A stretch of DNA of 64,000 nt from Burkholderiales bacterium (GCA_020852555.1 JADZAQ010000200.1:3929-67928), one strand, 5' to 3'; numbered from the stretch's first letter, positions 20,590-32,126 are shown. The notes: generated by a model from the sequence alone, not told the origin. Made by a program: numbers and translations.

Positions 20590-23237
20590 TGGATCCCGTT
20601 CGCTACCGCGCGCTGTACCTCGCGCCGCTGCCGGCGGGTCCGCGCGTGCGCAGCGCCGACGAGCCCATGCCGGTGCTCGCCCGCGAGAACTTTTATTTGG
20701 CCGAGGGCGCGCTCGAGGTCGTCCCCTTGCCGCTGCCGCAGCTCTTCGTCGCCGGTGTGGAGTGCGGCCACACCGCGGCCCGGGTCGAGCTGAAGCACCA
20801 GATCGACACCGTGCACGCGCAACTCGAGCAGTTGCGCGACCTGCGCGACCGGGCCACCGACGACCGCGAGCACCTGGCGCGCGAGGTCGTCGCCACCCAG
20901 CGCGCCTACCACACCGCGCAGATCCAGATCGCCGAGACGCAGGCGTACGCCGGACACATGGAGACGCAGGCGAACAAGCTGGTCGAGCACGTGGCACGGC
21001 TCGACGCCGAACTCGTCATCGCCCGCGACCGGATCAAGATGTTCGAGTCGCTCTTCGGCCCCTTCGCCGCACCGCTGCGCTTCGCCGTGCGCCGTACGCG
21101 CGTCGTCCGCGCGCGAATGCGTGCCCGAGCCGCCAGCGCGTGGCGCCTGCCGCAGCTCTCGGCGATGGCCTGGTCGGTCCTGCGCCACGAGGGTCCGCGG
21201 GCGCTGGTCGCGCGCATCCGCAGCAAGGTCATGCCGGAGGAGGCGTTCCGGCCCACCACTCCACCGCCGATCGCGGTCGAGGAGACCATCGCACCGCTCG
21301 CTTTCATCCCCGCCACGGCGCCGCGCGCGACGATCGTCATCCCGGTCTACGGCAAGGCGCTGCTCACCTACAACTGCCTGAAGAGCGTGCACGAGCACAC
21401 GCCGCACGCGTCGGTCGAGATCGTGGTCGTCGACGACGCCTCCCCCGAGCCGATCGCCGACGCGCTCGCCGAAGTCTCCGGCATCCGCATCGAGCGCAAT
21501 GCGCAGAACCTGGGCTTCATCGGCGCTTGCAACCGCGGCGCCGAACTCGCGCACGGTCAGTACGTCGTCTTCCTCAACAACGACACGATCGTGACGCGCG
21601 GCTGGCTGGAGGCGCTCCTGCGCGTGTTCGACGCGCACCCGGACGCCGGGCTCGTCGGCAGCAAGCTCGTCTATCCGGACGGGCGCCTGCAGGAAGCCGG
21701 CGGCATCGTGTGGCGCGACGGCTCGGCGTGGAACTGGGGCCGCGACGACGATCCCGATCGTCCCGAGTACAACTACCTGCGCGAGGTCGACTACTGCTCG
21801 GGGGCCTGCCTCGCGATCCCCAAGGCGCTCTTCGCCGAGTCGGGCGGCTTCGATACGCGCTACGCCCCGGCGTACTACGAGGACGTCGACCTCGCCTTCG
21901 CGGTGCGCGCCGCGGGACACCGGGTCTATTACCAGCCGCAATCGACGGTCGTGCACTTCGAGGGCCAGACGTCGGGCACCGAGACGACCTCCGGCGCCAA
22001 GCGCTACCAGGTCGCCAACCAGGAGAAGTTCGCGAGGAAGTGGGCGGAGGCGCTCGCCACGCACCGCGCGAACGGCATCGCCGCCGAGATCGAGCGCGAC
22101 CGCTGGGCGAAGCGGCGCGTGCTGGTGATCGAAGCGTGCATGGTGACGCCGGATCAGGACGCGGGGTCGGTGCGCATGATGGCGATCGTCGAGCTCCTCA
22201 CGGCGCTGCGCTGCAAGGTCACGTTCGTCGCGGACAACCTCGAGCACCGCCAGCCGTACGTCGGCCAGCTCCAGCAGCAGGGGGTCGAGGTCCTGTTCCA
22301 TCCCTACGTGCGCTCGATCGCCGATCTCCTGTCCAAGCGCGGACCCGAGTTCGACATCATCATGATCGCGCGCCACTACATCGCGGTGAAGCACATCGAC
22401 GCCGTACGGATCTTCGCACCGAAGGCGCTCGTCGTCTTCGACACCGTCGACCTCCACTTCCTGCGCACCGAGCGGCAGGCCGAGCTCGACGGCAACGCGC
22501 TGACGCGCGCGGCGGCGCACGCCAAGCGCGAGGAGGAGCTGGGCCTCATCCGCAAGTCCGACGTGACGCTCGTGGTATCCACCTTCGAGCAGGAGCTCCT
22601 TGCCCAGCTCGTTCCCGAGGCGCGCGTGCTCGTGCTGGCGACGATCCAGGAGCAGCAGCCCGAGGGCAAGCCGTTCGCCGAGCGCGAGGGGCTCGTCTTC
22701 ATCGGCGGCTTCCAGCATCCACCCAACACCGACGCCGTGCTCTGGTACGCGAGCGAGGTCCTGCCGCAGGTGCGCGTGGCGCTCCCCGGCGTGAAGACGT
22801 ACATCGTGGGCAGCAAGGTGCCGGCGTCGGTGCGTGCGCTCGCCGCCGACGACTTCGTCGTCACCGGCTTCGTGCCGGACATCACGCCCTATTTCACCGG
22901 CTGCCGCGTCTCGATCGCACCGCTGCGCTACGGCGCGGGGGTGAAGGGCAAGATCAATCTCGCGATGAGCTACGGATTGCCGGTGGTGGCGACGTCGCCG
23001 TCGATCGAGGGCATGTCGCTCACCTCCGGGGAGGACGTGCTGGTCGCCGACGACCCCAAGGCGTACGCGGAGGCCATCGTGCGCCTCTATCACGACGAGA
23101 CGCTGTGGCGCCAACTCGCCGCCGGCGGGCGGAAGAACATCGACACGTATTTCTCGCGCGGCGTGGCGCGGCGCGCGATCACCCGGCTCATCGCCTTCGC
23201 GCGCGGCAGCAGCGACAGCACGCGCAGCGCAGCGTAG
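20586..23237 (+). CDS. Multidomain glycosyltransferase (coiled coil + GT2 + GT4-like)
   Basis: [27 protein letters not shown]; [11 protein letters not shown]. Confidence 0.85.
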   Translation: MMDPVRYRALYLAPLPAGPRVRSADEPMPVLARENFYLAEGALEVVPLPLPQLFVAGVECGHTAARVELKHQIDTVHAQLEQLRDLRDRATDDREHLAREVVATQRAYHTAQIQIAETQAYAGHMETQANKLVEHVARLDAELVIARDRIKMFESLFGPFAAPLRFAVRRTRVVRARMRARAASAWRLPQLSAMAWSVLRHEGPRALVARIRSKVMPEEAFRPTTPPPIAVEETIAPLAFIPATAPRATIVIPVYGKALLTYNCLKSVHEHTPHASVEIVVVDDASPEPIADALAEVSGIRIERNAQNLGFIGACNRGAELAHGQYVVFLNNDTIVTRGWLEALLRVFDAHPDAGLVGSKLVYPDGRLQEAGGIVWRDGSAWNWGRDDDPDRPEYNYLREVDYCSGACLAIPKALFAESGGFDTRYAPAYYEDVDLAFAVRAAGHRVYYQPQSTVVHFEGQTSGTETTSGAKRYQVANQEKFARKWAEALATHRANGIAAEIERDRWAKRRVLVIEACMVTPDQDAGSVRMMAIVELLTALRCKVTFVADNLEHRQPYVGQLQQQGVEVLFHPYVRSIADLLSKRGPEFDIIMIARHYIAVKHIDAVRIFAPKALVVFDTVDLHFLRTERQAELDGNALTRAAAHAKREEELGLIRKSDVTLVVSTFEQELLAQLVPEARVLVLATIQEQQPEGKPFAEREGLVFIGGFQHPPNTDAVLWYASEVLPQVRVALPGVKTYIVGSKVPASVRALAADDFVVTGFVPDITPYFTGCRVSIAPLRYGAGVKGKINLAMSYGLPVVATSPSIEGMSLTSGEDVLVADDPKAYAEAIVRLYHDETLWRQLAAGGRKNIDTYFSRGVARRAITRLIAFARGSSDSTRSAA

Positions 23238-23253
23238 CGGGGGTGGTCGAAAG

Positions 23254-24012
23254 CTATCGACGCCGGAAGACGAGATCCCAGGTGCCGTGACCGAGTCGCG
23301 CGCCGCGGGCCTCGAACTTGGTGATGGGTCGCGTGTCCGGACGCGGCGCGAAATCGGCGGCGGTATTGAAGAGCAGCGCTTCGGCCGTGAGGACGGCGAG
23401 GATCGCGTGTGCGTAGTCCTCCCAGTCGGTCGCCACGTGGAGGTAGCCGCCCGCGACGAGACGCTGCGCGAGCAGGCGAACGAAGGGTGCCTGCAGCAGG
23501 CGGCGCTTGTGGTGGCGCTTCTTGGGCCACGGGTCGGGAAAGAACACGTGCACGCCGGCGAGCGATTCAGGGGCGATCATGTGCGTGACCACTTCGACCG
23601 CGTCGTGGCAAATCACGCGCACGTTGGCGAGCGACTGCGCGTGGACGCGGGCGAGCAGCGCGCCGACTCCCGGACCGTGCACCTCGATGCCGAGGAAATC
23701 GGTTGCGGGCTGTGCCGCCGCGATCGCCGCGGTCGTCTCGCCCATCCCGAAGCCGATCTCGAGGACGACCGGCGCGCGGCGGCCAAAGGCGGCGTCGAGG
23801 TCGAGAGCGCGCGGCGCGTAGTCGATGCCGTACACGGGCAGGAACTCGCGGCACGCGCGCTCCTGCGCCGGCGAGAAGCGACCCTGCCGCAGCACGAAGC
23901 TGCGGATGGGACGCGGGATCGCTGCCGCCCCGGTGGCGATCGGCACGGCCTCGTCCGCGGGTGCGGGGCCCGGACCGGCGCCGGCCCCGCCATCCCCGTC
24001 GTACACGGTCAC
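23254..24012 (-). CDS. trmB: tRNA (guanine-N7)-methyltransferase
   Basis: [45 protein letters not shown]; GTG start overlaps upstream stop. Confidence 0.93.
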   Translation of the reverse strand: MTVYDGDGGAGAGPGPAPADEAVPIATGAAAIPRPIRSFVLRQGRFSPAQERACREFLPVYGIDYAPRALDLDAAFGRRAPVVLEIGFGMGETTAAIAAAQPATDFLGIEVHGPGVGALLARVHAQSLANVRVICHDAVEVVTHMIAPESLAGVHVFFPDPWPKKRHHKRRLLQAPFVRLLAQRLVAGGYLHVATDWEDYAHAILAVLTAEALLFNTAADFAPRPDTRPITKFEARGARLGHGTWDLVFRRR

Positions 24013-24659
24013 GGCCGCCGCCAGTCGGCAGCGCCGAGCTTGCGCTCCAGCGTGCGCGCTTCCGTCGCGTTCCCCGGCGTGTACTCGAGCACCAGCGTGT
24101 CGGCGTCCTTCCACTTGGCCGTCGCATCGCGCCACGCCGGCTGCGGCTTCCATACGAGCTCCTTGCGGATGCCGTCGCGGCTGATGCGCCACACCGACAG
24201 CTCGCCCGCGCAGCGCGCGCAGAAATCGGCGACCGCCAAGCGTTGGCGATCGGGCGCGAGGACCGGTTCGGCGGAGACGTCGGTCACCTGCCCCGTCGCC
24301 CGTTGGAGGATCGCGAAGCTCGCGTCGTCGCCGACGTTCACGAGCAGCACCACCGCGTTGACAGGGCTCCAGTAGTCGAAGAGCGCGTAGCTCTTCTCGG
24401 TGGTGGCCGTTGTCGTGTCGGCGAACGCGCGCTGCCCGGACGGAAACAGCGACACCGTGAGCGTGTCGCCGTCGCGCCGCGCGAGGTTGGGCAGCGACTT
24501 CAATTGCGCCTCCTCGATGAGGCGCCCGCAATGCGCGGGTCCTTCCGCACTCGCGCAGAGCGTCGCGATCTCGGCGGGTGTGGGTGCGGCAGCCGATGCC
24601 ACGCACGCGCCGGCCACGAGCAGCACACCTGCGACGAGACGCAGCGCCGGATGCCCCAT
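24009..24659 (-). CDS. Exported hypothetical protein
   Basis: Signal-peptide-like N-terminus, Cys pairs, typical codon usage, coupled to trmB. Confidence 0.65.
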   Translation of the reverse strand: MGHPALRLVAGVLLVAGACVASAAAPTPAEIATLCASAEGPAHCGRLIEEAQLKSLPNLARRDGDTLTVSLFPSGQRAFADTTTATTEKSYALFDYWSPVNAVVLLVNVGDDASFAILQRATGQVTDVSAEPVLAPDRQRLAVADFCARCAGELSVWRISRDGIRKELVWKPQPAWRDATAKWKDADTLVLEYTPGNATEARTLERKLGAADWRRP

Positions 24660-24670
24660 GGCGACGACCG

Positions 24671-25480
24671 TCAGGAGATGAGGCCGGCGGTGGGCGAGCT
24701 CGGGCTCGCCGCGTAGAGCTTGCGCGGCATGCGACCGGCGAGGAAGGCGTCGCGACCCGCTTCCACCGCGAGCTTCATGGCGCGCGCCATGCGGACCGGA
24801 TCCTTGGCGTGCGCGATCCCGGTGTTCATGAGGACGCCCGCACAGCCGAGCTCCATCGCCACGGTGGCGTCGGAGGCGGTGCCGACGCCGGCGTCGACCA
24901 GCACCGGTACCTTCGCCTGCTCGATGATGAGCTTCAGGTTCCACGGATTGAGGATGCCCATGCCCGAGCCGATGAGCGAGGCGAGCGGCATGATCGCCGC
25001 GCAGCCGATCTGTTCGAGTTCGCGGGCGATGATCGGATCGTCGGAGGTGTAGACCATCACCTGGAAGCCGTCGGCGACGAGGCGCTCGGCGGCCTTGAGC
25101 GTTTCGCGCACGTTCGGATAGAGCGTATTGGAGTCGCCCAGCACCTCGAGCTTGGTCAGCGCGTGCCCGTCGAGGAGCTCGCGGGCCAGCTTCAGCGTGC
25201 GCACCGCATCGTCGGCGGTATAGCAACCGGCGCTGTTGGGGAGGTACGTGAACTCGGCTGGCGGCAGGTAGTCGAGGAGCGATGGCGCGTTGACATCCTG
25301 GCCGATGTTGGTGCGGCGAATCGCCACGGTGACGATCTGCGCCCCCGAGGCGACGAGCGCCGCACGCGTCTCGTCGAAATCGCGGTACTTGCCGGTGCCG
25401 ACCAGCAGGCGCGAGCGGTACGCGATGCCGCCGATCACCAGCGGATCGGCGATGGCGGCGGGATCGAGCGGAGCGTTCAT
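24671..25480 (-). CDS. thiG: Thiazole synthase
   Basis: [29 protein letters not shown]. Confidence 0.96.
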   Translation of the reverse strand: MNAPLDPAAIADPLVIGGIAYRSRLLVGTGKYRDFDETRAALVASGAQIVTVAIRRTNIGQDVNAPSLLDYLPPAEFTYLPNSAGCYTADDAVRTLKLARELLDGHALTKLEVLGDSNTLYPNVRETLKAAERLVADGFQVMVYTSDDPIIARELEQIGCAAIMPLASLIGSGMGILNPWNLKLIIEQAKVPVLVDAGVGTASDATVAMELGCAGVLMNTGIAHAKDPVRMARAMKLAVEAGRDAFLAGRMPRKLYAASPSSPTAGLIS

Positions 25481-25505
25481 GTGCTGATTTTACGCCGCGC
25501 CACTT

Positions 25506-25709
25506 TCAGCCGCCGCCCACGGCGGCGACGATCTCCAGCCGGTCGCCCGGCGTCACCGACGTCTCGGCGTAGCGGCTCTTGGGAACGATCTCGCCGTTAC
25601 GCTCGACCGCGATGCGTTTGCCGATGAGCGCCAACGCTTCGACGACGTCGGCGACCGTCGCCGGCGGCGGATCGAGGCGGCGCAGCGTGCCGTTCACGAC
25701 GAGTTCCAT
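25506..25709 (-). CDS. thiS: Sulfur carrier protein ThiS
   Basis: 67 aa, AVERNGEIVP, C-terminal GGG. Confidence 0.93.
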   Translation of the reverse strand: MELVVNGTLRRLDPPPATVADVVEALALIGKRIAVERNGEIVPKSRYAETSVTPGDRLEIVAAVGGG

Positions 25710-25786
25710 GGCCTCGATTTTACTCCGTCGATCGCGCCCGAGTATTTGCCTATACTCGGGTTTTCACCGATCTCCTCCTTCTGCCG

Positions 25787-27793
25787 ATGCTTCTGCGCCT
25801 CGCGCTTACCGGTGTCTTCCTGTTGTCCGCATCGCTCGCGCACGCCGCGGGCCTCGCCGTCGAATATTTCCACGCCGGATTCGGGCATTTCTTCGTCACC
25901 GCGTTTTCGGAGGAGGCGGCGTCGCTCGACGCCAATCCGGCGTCGGGCTGGGCGCGCACCGGTGCCACGTTTCTCGTCGATACCGATGCCGCGCAGGGCG
26001 CTGCGCCGGTGTGCCGCTTCTTCAGCGCCGCCTTTGCCCCGAAGAGCTCGCACTTCTACACGCCGTATGCGGCGGAGTGCGAGAAAGTGAAGAAGGATCC
26101 GACCTGGACGTACGAGGCCGTTGCCTTCTACCTGCGCCTGCCCGACGCGGCGGGCGCGTGTCCGGCGGGCACGCAGGTGCTCTACCGTCTCTACAACGAC
26201 GGTGTGAGCGGTGCGCCCAATCATCGCTATACGACCAATCGCGTAACGTTCGACGCGCTGCGCGCCAAGGGCTGGACTCCCGAAGGCCACGGCGATACGG
26301 GGGCCTTCGCGTGCACTCCGGAGCCCGCGTCGGCGGCGCCGGCAGGGAACGTCACCGGCGTGGCCAACCTGCGCGGCAGCGTGCGTACGCTCACCGCCGC
26401 CGACGCCGCGGAACTGCTCTCCGTCACCGCCACCACGCTCAGCTTTGCCTCCCCCGTCGCGATCGGGATCGGCGACGTCTTCGTCATCGATGGAATTGGC
26501 GTCTATCGCGCGACGAGCGTTGCCGACACCGGCGGCAAGCGCCTCGTGGGGGTGGAAGACCCCACCGTCGACGAGCTCTTTTCCGAACTCGAGCTCGCCG
26601 GCTCCGTTCCCTTGGCGTCGGGCTACTTCAGCGAGCCGGGGCTCACCGCCGGCGCCGAGCTTGGCGCCACCGCGGTGCATGCGCGCGCGCTGCGTGTCGT
26701 GGGCTCCACCTACAAGGGCAATCCCGGCGTCGAGTTGTCGTGGACCTATGACACCTACTGCAACGCCACCAGCAGCTTCGAGCCGGTGAAGGTGCAGCTG
26801 GGCATTTACGGCAACGTCAGCATCGACTATCGCAAGTCGCGTCTGCAGGACGCCATCGCCATCAACACCGCGTATATCGTCCCTTCCGTGACGCTCAAGG
26901 CGGGCTGCCGCGCGAGCATCCCCGTGAAGCGCTTCAAGGTCGGCCAGTGGACGGTGCCGATCTTCAATGGCGCGTTCTTCGTGCAGATTCCGATCTTCGT
27001 GCGGCTCAATGCCGAGACCGACGTGACGCCCGTGGTCACGCTCGCCTTCGCCGATGTCGAGTTCGCCATCGACACCGCGAGCGGCGGTGTCGGCAGCAAG
27101 GTCAACGGTGGCGCGATCGATATCGCCGCGCTCACCGCGCTGCTCGCCCCCAACGTCAGCTATTCAGCCAAGGCCGCCATCGAGGCCGACGCCTCGCTGC
27201 GCCTCACCACGTTGTTCAGTTTTCACCTGGGCAGCCTCGGCCTGCGCAGCGGGCCCGCGCTCGAGCTGAAGGGCACCGCCGGGATCGATTCGTCGCTGTG
27301 CGGCGTGCTCACGCTGCCCACCACCGCGTACTACCAGTACCGCAGCGGCCGCACGATGGCGGAGCGGGCGCTCTACAAGGCGGACATCGATCTGCAGAAA
27401 GTCGGGCTGGGCTGCGCCACGGCCAACGCTACCTGGGCGTTGACCACGCGTACCTGCACCACCGTCCCGCAAGGCTGCGCCGAGTGCTTCGATAGCTTCG
27501 AGTTCGACTTCAAGTTCAACTCCGACCGCTCGTCGCTCGACCTCCTCATCCCCGGCACGCCGTTGATCGCCGCTCGCCTCGACCGGCCACCCCCCGGCAC
27601 CCAGCCGCCCCCACCCGCCCGCTATCTGGGCGGATGCTCGAACGCCTCGCAATCCACGACGTTCGTCCCGGCGTGCGCGGTCACCACCGGCCTCTCGTTC
27701 GCCGAGAACTATCGCTCGGCAACCTTCGTGGCGACGCAGACTTTCGACGACGGCTGCATGGCGGTGCTGGAAGGCGACGCCCGACCGAAGTAA
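25787..27793 (+). CDS. Secreted multidomain hypothetical protein (N-terminal 'VEYFH..GHFFVT / YRLYN..PNHRY' domain)
   Basis: Signal peptide; conserved-looking N-terminal domain; beta-rich middle; Cys-containing C-terminus. Confidence 0.7.
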   Translation: MLLRLALTGVFLLSASLAHAAGLAVEYFHAGFGHFFVTAFSEEAASLDANPASGWARTGATFLVDTDAAQGAAPVCRFFSAAFAPKSSHFYTPYAAECEKVKKDPTWTYEAVAFYLRLPDAAGACPAGTQVLYRLYNDGVSGAPNHRYTTNRVTFDALRAKGWTPEGHGDTGAFACTPEPASAAPAGNVTGVANLRGSVRTLTAADAAELLSVTATTLSFASPVAIGIGDVFVIDGIGVYRATSVADTGGKRLVGVEDPTVDELFSELELAGSVPLASGYFSEPGLTAGAELGATAVHARALRVVGSTYKGNPGVELSWTYDTYCNATSSFEPVKVQLGIYGNVSIDYRKSRLQDAIAINTAYIVPSVTLKAGCRASIPVKRFKVGQWTVPIFNGAFFVQIPIFVRLNAETDVTPVVTLAFADVEFAIDTASGGVGSKVNGGAIDIAALTALLAPNVSYSAKAAIEADASLRLTTLFSFHLGSLGLRSGPALELKGTAGIDSSLCGVLTLPTTAYYQYRSGRTMAERALYKADIDLQKVGLGCATANATWALTTRTCTTVPQGCAECFDSFEFDFKFNSDRSSLDLLIPGTPLIAARLDRPPPGTQPPPPARYLGGCSNASQSTTFVPACAVTTGLSFAENYRSATFVATQTFDDGCMAVLEGDARPK

Positions 27794-27838
27794 GCGGCCG
27801 CGCACGGCCATCCGTGCGCGTGACGGAAGACGCTTCGT

Positions 27839-28789
27839 CTACGCGAGGTCGTCGCCCGCCTCGCGCAACTTGACGAGCGCGTGCAGCGTGCGGCTCAACG
27901 GCGCGGCGAGGCCGAGTGCGTGGGCGCGCTCGGCGACGTAGCCGTTCAGCATGTCGATCTCGGTCGGCTTGCCGCGCAGGACGTCCTGCGCGGTGCTGGA
28001 GTACTGGCTCGCCATGCCGTCGGCGACTTTCCACATCGCCGCGATCATCGCCGCGTCGTCGAGATGCACGCCGTCGGCGCGCGCCACGGCGAGCGTCTCG
28101 TGCACCAGGTCCTCCATGAGCGAGCGCACCAGCCGTGAAGCGGCCATGCGCCCGTAACGCGCGCGGCCCAGCGCCGAGATGGCATTGAAGGCGCAGTTCA
28201 CGGTGAGCTTCGACCACAGCGCCGCCTCGATGTCGGCGCTCACCGGGCACTTGACGCCCGCGCGTTCGAACATCGCCGCCACCGCCTGCGCGCGCTCCCG
28301 CGCGTTCGGATACGCCGCGCGGGCACGCGGTACGCCGAGATCGAGGTCGCCGCGGCCGGTATGGCATACGACGCCCGGCCCTCCCATGTACGCGCCCACC
28401 CACACCACCGCGGCGAGCACGAGCTGGTCGAGTTCGGCGGCGGCCCAGGCGGCGTTCTCCACGCCGTTTTGCAGCGTGACCACGACCGCATCCGGCTTCA
28501 GATGCGGTCGCAGCGACGCCGCCGCCGCGCGCGTGTCGGGCGACTTCACGCACAGGAGCACGACGTCGGCATCGGCCACCGCCGCGGCTTGCGTCGAGGC
28601 GCTCACCTTGACCACGTCGCGCCGGTCCGCGCGCTCGATCACGAGGCCGTCGCGCTCGATCGCGGCGACGTGCTGCGGACGGCCGATCAGCGTCACGGGG
28701 GCGCCGGCAAGCGCGAGCATGCCGCCGTAGTAGCCGCCGACGGCGCCGGCGCCCATGACGGCGATGTGTGGCCAGGAGGAAGCATTCAT
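27839..28789 (-). CDS. panE: Ketopantoate reductase (PanE/ApbA family)
   Basis: GAGAVG, VKS, LQNG, WSKLTVN, SSTAQD, EID..NG. Confidence 0.88.
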   Translation of the reverse strand: MNASSWPHIAVMGAGAVGGYYGGMLALAGAPVTLIGRPQHVAAIERDGLVIERADRRDVVKVSASTQAAAVADADVVLLCVKSPDTRAAAASLRPHLKPDAVVVTLQNGVENAAWAAAELDQLVLAAVVWVGAYMGGPGVVCHTGRGDLDLGVPRARAAYPNARERAQAVAAMFERAGVKCPVSADIEAALWSKLTVNCAFNAISALGRARYGRMAASRLVRSLMEDLVHETLAVARADGVHLDDAAMIAAMWKVADGMASQYSSTAQDVLRGKPTEIDMLNGYVAERAHALGLAAPLSRTLHALVKLREAGDDLA

Positions 28790-28943
28790 GGTTGCAAGCA
28801 TAACGTCATTCGCGATTCGTTCCACGAGCCGGAGGATATTCGTGGTACTGCCCGTCGGAGCCCACTCCATCCGAGCAAAGCGCTCGGTTTACACGGCGCG
28901 TCCGGCGGCCACGGCGCTGCGGAGCGATGATCCGGAGGTCTCG

Positions 28944-30071
28944 TCAACGCACCGGCCGTACGCCGCTCGCGATCTTTCCCACGACATCCGCAATCGCCAG
29001 CGACGCCGTCAAACCCGGGCTCTCCATGCCGAACAGGTTGACGAGGCCGCGCACGCCATGCACCGCGGGCCCGTCGATTCGGAAGTCCTGCGGTGGGGCG
29101 CCGGGCGGCACGATCTTCGGACGGATGCCCGAGTACGCCGGCGCGAGTGCGCCATCCTCGAGTCCCGGCCACCAGCGCCGGATCGAAGCGTAGAACGCGT
29201 CCGCGCGGCGTGGATCGACGTCGTAGTTGCGATCGTCGACCCATTCGACGTCGGGGCCGAAGCGCGCTTGTCCGCCGAGGTCGATGGTGTAATGGGTGCC
29301 GAGCCCGCCCGGCACCGGCACCGGATAGATGAGCCGCGAGAACGGCGCGCGTCCCGCCAGGGAAAAATAGTTGCCCTTGGCGTAATACGGCGTCGGCACG
29401 TGCTCGCGCGACAGGCCTTCGATGCGCGAGGCGAGTCGCGTAGCGTCGAGGCCCGCGCTGTTCACCACCAGCGTCGCGGCGAGGGTTGCGGGATCGGCGC
29501 CGCCGACCTCGATCTCGATGGCCTTGCCGGTGGCGCGGCCACCGGTGACTGGGGCGCGGAAGGCGAACAGCGCGCCGGCCGCCTCGGCGTCGCCTTGCAA
29601 CGAAGTCATGTACGCGTGCGAGTCGAAGGTCCCGGTCGAAGGCGACATCAGCGCGGCCGTGCAGCGAAGCTCGGCTTCGAGGTCGCGCGCCAGGCGTGCG
29701 TCGATCGGATAGAGGTCGTCGACACCGTTCGCCCACGCACGGGCGCGGATGCGCTCGAGCTGGCCGGCTTCCGCCGCGCTGGTCGCGACGATGAGCTTGC
29801 CGCAGTTCGCGTGGGGCAGTGCGCGCTCGTGCAGGTAGGCGTAGAGCTGCTGCCTGCCGCGCACGCACAGCCGCGCCATGAGGCTGTCCTTCGCGTAGTA
29901 GATCCCCGCGTGGATGACCTCGGAGTTGCGTGACGAGGTTTCGGTGCCGATGCCGGCGGCGGCTTCGAGCACCACGACCTCGCGGCCGTCGAGCGCGAGC
30001 CTGCGCGCGATCGCGAGGCCGATCACGCCGGCACCGATGACGATCGCGTCGACCGATTCCTTCGTTCCCAT
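28944..30071 (-). CDS. FAD-dependent oxidoreductase, L-2-hydroxyglutarate oxidase (LhgO)-like
   Basis: [37 protein letters not shown]. Confidence 0.85.
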   Translation of the reverse strand: MGTKESVDAIVIGAGVIGLAIARRLALDGREVVVLEAAAGIGTETSSRNSEVIHAGIYYAKDSLMARLCVRGRQQLYAYLHERALPHANCGKLIVATSAAEAGQLERIRARAWANGVDDLYPIDARLARDLEAELRCTAALMSPSTGTFDSHAYMTSLQGDAEAAGALFAFRAPVTGGRATGKAIEIEVGGADPATLAATLVVNSAGLDATRLASRIEGLSREHVPTPYYAKGNYFSLAGRAPFSRLIYPVPVPGGLGTHYTIDLGGQARFGPDVEWVDDRNYDVDPRRADAFYASIRRWWPGLEDGALAPAYSGIRPKIVPPGAPPQDFRIDGPAVHGVRGLVNLFGMESPGLTASLAIADVVGKIASGVRPVR

Positions 30072-30165
30072 GTCGGCCGAGTCTACCTCGCATGTCCCAA
30101 GCAGGACCGCGAGTACATGTGCGCGCTGCTCTTTGAAGGCGCCGCGTCGGCACGATCGTCGCTGT

Positions 30166-30270
30166 CGTGAAGGCCGGTGCGTGACCGTCTCCGCTCATGT
30201 CCCCCGCAGCGGGCTTCGCCCGCCGCTCCTCCTTGACTTCGCTGCGCCGGCCACGCACCGGCCCTCACGC
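30166..30270. repeat. ~100-bp palindromic-ended repeat (left copy; core inverted relative to the copy at 36147-36247)
   Basis: CCGCTCATGTCCCCCGC..CCGCCGCTCCTCCTTGACTTCGCTGCGCCGGCC matches the reverse complement of 36160-36222; arms GTGAAGGCCGGTGCG/CGCACCGGCCCTCAC. Confidence 0.8.
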
Positions 30271-30549
30271 GGCAAAAAAGGCCCTGCATCACGGCAAGGC
30301 GTCGAGGCGCGGTCCGAGACATCGTTCTCATGACCTCCATGCGATCGCCCGTCATACTGCCGCCGCAGCCCGTCCGTCTTGACTCGCTTCGAGCATTCGG
30401 GCGATTGCGGCGGGCAAGCCCAGAAAAGACCCCCATTGTTGATATCGCTTTGCCGGCCTTGGCATGACAACACGGTGGCGGCCGTGCATGATGCCGTCCT
30501 CTTGATGCCTCGGCAGACTCTCAGAAATCCAAGTGCCAGTGCCTAAAGG

Positions 30550-31342
30550 ATGAATCAGGACCTCCGCAAGACCCTCTGGGCCGCCGCCGACAAGCTGCGC
30601 TCCAGCATGGACGCCGCCGAGTACAAGCACATCGTCCTCGGCCTCATCTTCGTGAAGTACATCAGCGACGCCTTCGACGAGCGCCGCGACGTGCTGAAGC
30701 TCGCGTTCGCCGACCAGCGCAGCGAGCTCCATCTCCCCGAAGCAGCCGACCACGCTGACGCCCTCGAGGAGCGCGACTACTACACCATGGCGAACGTGTT
30801 CTGGGTGCCGTCGTCAGCGCGCTGGGAGGCGATCCGCGCGCAAGCCAAGCAGGCCGACATCGGCGTGCGCATCGACGCCGCGCTCGAAGCGATCGAGGCC
30901 GACAACCCGCGGCTGAAAGGCATCCTCGACAAGCGGTTCGGTCGCACCCAGCTCGAACCCGGTCGTCTGGGCGAGCTCGTGGACCTGGTCTCCACGATCG
31001 GCTTCGGCGAGGGTCACCACGCCAAGGATCTGCTCGGCGAGATCTACGAGTACTTCCTGGGCCAGTTCGCCACCGCCGAGGGCAAGAAGGGCGGCCAGTT
31101 CTACACGCCGGCCTCCGTGGTGAAGGTGCTGGTCGAGGTCCTCGCACCGCATCACGGCCGCGTATACGACCCCTGCTGCGGTTCCGGCGGCATGTTCGTG
31201 CAGAGCGAGAAATTCATCGCGGCGCACGGTGGCCGCACCGACGACATCAGCATCTACGGGCAGGAGGCCAATCCCACGACCTGGCGCCTCGTCGCCATGA
31301 ACCTCGCCATCCGCGGCCTTGCCGCCGACTTGGGCAAGGAGC
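30550..31342 (+). pseudogene. hsdM: Type I restriction-modification methyltransferase subunit, N-terminal half only
   Basis: [41 protein letters not shown]; breaks at DLGKE before the NPPF motif; the ORF reads on to 31485. Confidence 0.88.
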
Positions 31343-31450
31343 GGACCCGCGAGAGCTTCCAGCAATTCTTTACCTTGATCGGCAAGGAGTTGAGCGAGAA
31401 GATCGAGTTCGTGTGCTCGGACATGTGGAAGCCGTACCTGCAGCTGATCA
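31333..31450 (+). mobile_element. ISL3-family transposase internal fragment fused in frame to hsdM'
   Basis: [35 protein letters not shown], with the ISL3-type SDMWxPY motif. Confidence 0.7.
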
Positions 31451-31460
31451 CGATGCCGGA

Positions 31461-31642
31461 GTTTCAATCCGCGCGCGCCCCGTGAGAGGCGCGCGACCGC
31501 GTCAGCAATCGCACTCATGCCCGCCGCTTGCCGTTTCAATCCGCGCGCGCCCCGTGAGAGGCGCGCGACGGTCGACGAGTTTTCCGCCCTCCCGGTATGG
31601 CTACAGTTTCAATCCGCGCGCGCCCCGTGAGAGGCGCGCGAC
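31461..31642 (-). CRISPR. Type I-C CRISPR array: 3 identical 37-nt repeats, 2 spacers (35 and 36 nt)
   Basis: Repeat GTCGCGCGCCTCTCACGGGGCGCGCGCGGATTGAAAC (minus strand) at 31461-31497, 31533-31569, 31606-31642. Confidence 0.93.
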
Positions 31643-31822
31643 GCCACCCGTGCAACTGCTTGTGGCTGCTGACGATTCTGCACACTTCGCGCGAACCTGC
31701 AAGCGCATCTGGATTTCCGACATCCCGCCATTGGGTGTGCCACTCAACCTGACTGGGAGGAAGCGCCCTCCCGGCACGCGCGAACCCCTGCCCACGACGT
31801 CGACGCTCTGGGTTCGCGCATT
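31643..31822 (-). promoter_or_regulatory. CRISPR leader region
   Basis: Non-coding 180 bp between the cas2 stop and first repeat, with GCGAACC/GGTTCGC motifs typical of I-C leaders. Confidence 0.7.
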
Positions 31823-32113
31823 TCAGAACACCAGCGGTGCGTCGAAGTCTTGGGCACGGAAGCGGCCATGCTCCCGGACCTCGCAGCCCCTTCCGTCGCT
31901 GAGGCGATACAGCCGCAGACAATCGCGTTCCAGGTCCATGATCGAAAGCAGCCGGCGTTCCAGTTCCTCGAGTCCCGCCAAGTCGAGTTGGCACTCGAAC
32001 ACCGACTTTTGCACCCGCTGTCCCCGGCTTTCGCAGGCCTTGGCCGCCTGGCGCAGTCGGCGTCGGCCCGCCGCGTCTTCGGTGTTGACGTCGTAGCACA
32101 CGATCACCAGCAT
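31823..32113 (-). CDS. cas2: CRISPR-associated endonuclease Cas2
   Basis: [28 protein letters not shown]; 96 aa. Confidence 0.95.
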   Translation of the reverse strand: MLVIVCYDVNTEDAAGRRRLRQAAKACESRGQRVQKSVFECQLDLAGLEELERRLLSIMDLERDCLRLYRLSDGRGCEVREHGRFRAQDFDAPLVF

Positions 32114-32126
32114 CTCATCCTCGGCC

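Noticed and set aside
25710-25786. TPP riboswitch upstream of thiS-thiG
   Set aside because: Only 77 bp are available and no CTGAGA core motif is seen.
28790-28943. Possible structured RNA between the lhgO-like gene and panE
   Set aside because: Only short hairpins and no recognisable riboswitch consensus.
30072-30549. attL duplication of the tRNA 3' end or an integrase at the island's left edge
   Set aside because: No copy of TGGTAGCGAGCGAG and no integrase-like ORF found by eye.
30550-31485. hsdM-ISL3 chimeric ORF as a functional methyltransferase
   Set aside because: It lacks the catalytic NPPF motif and ends inside the first CRISPR repeat, so it is a deletion product.
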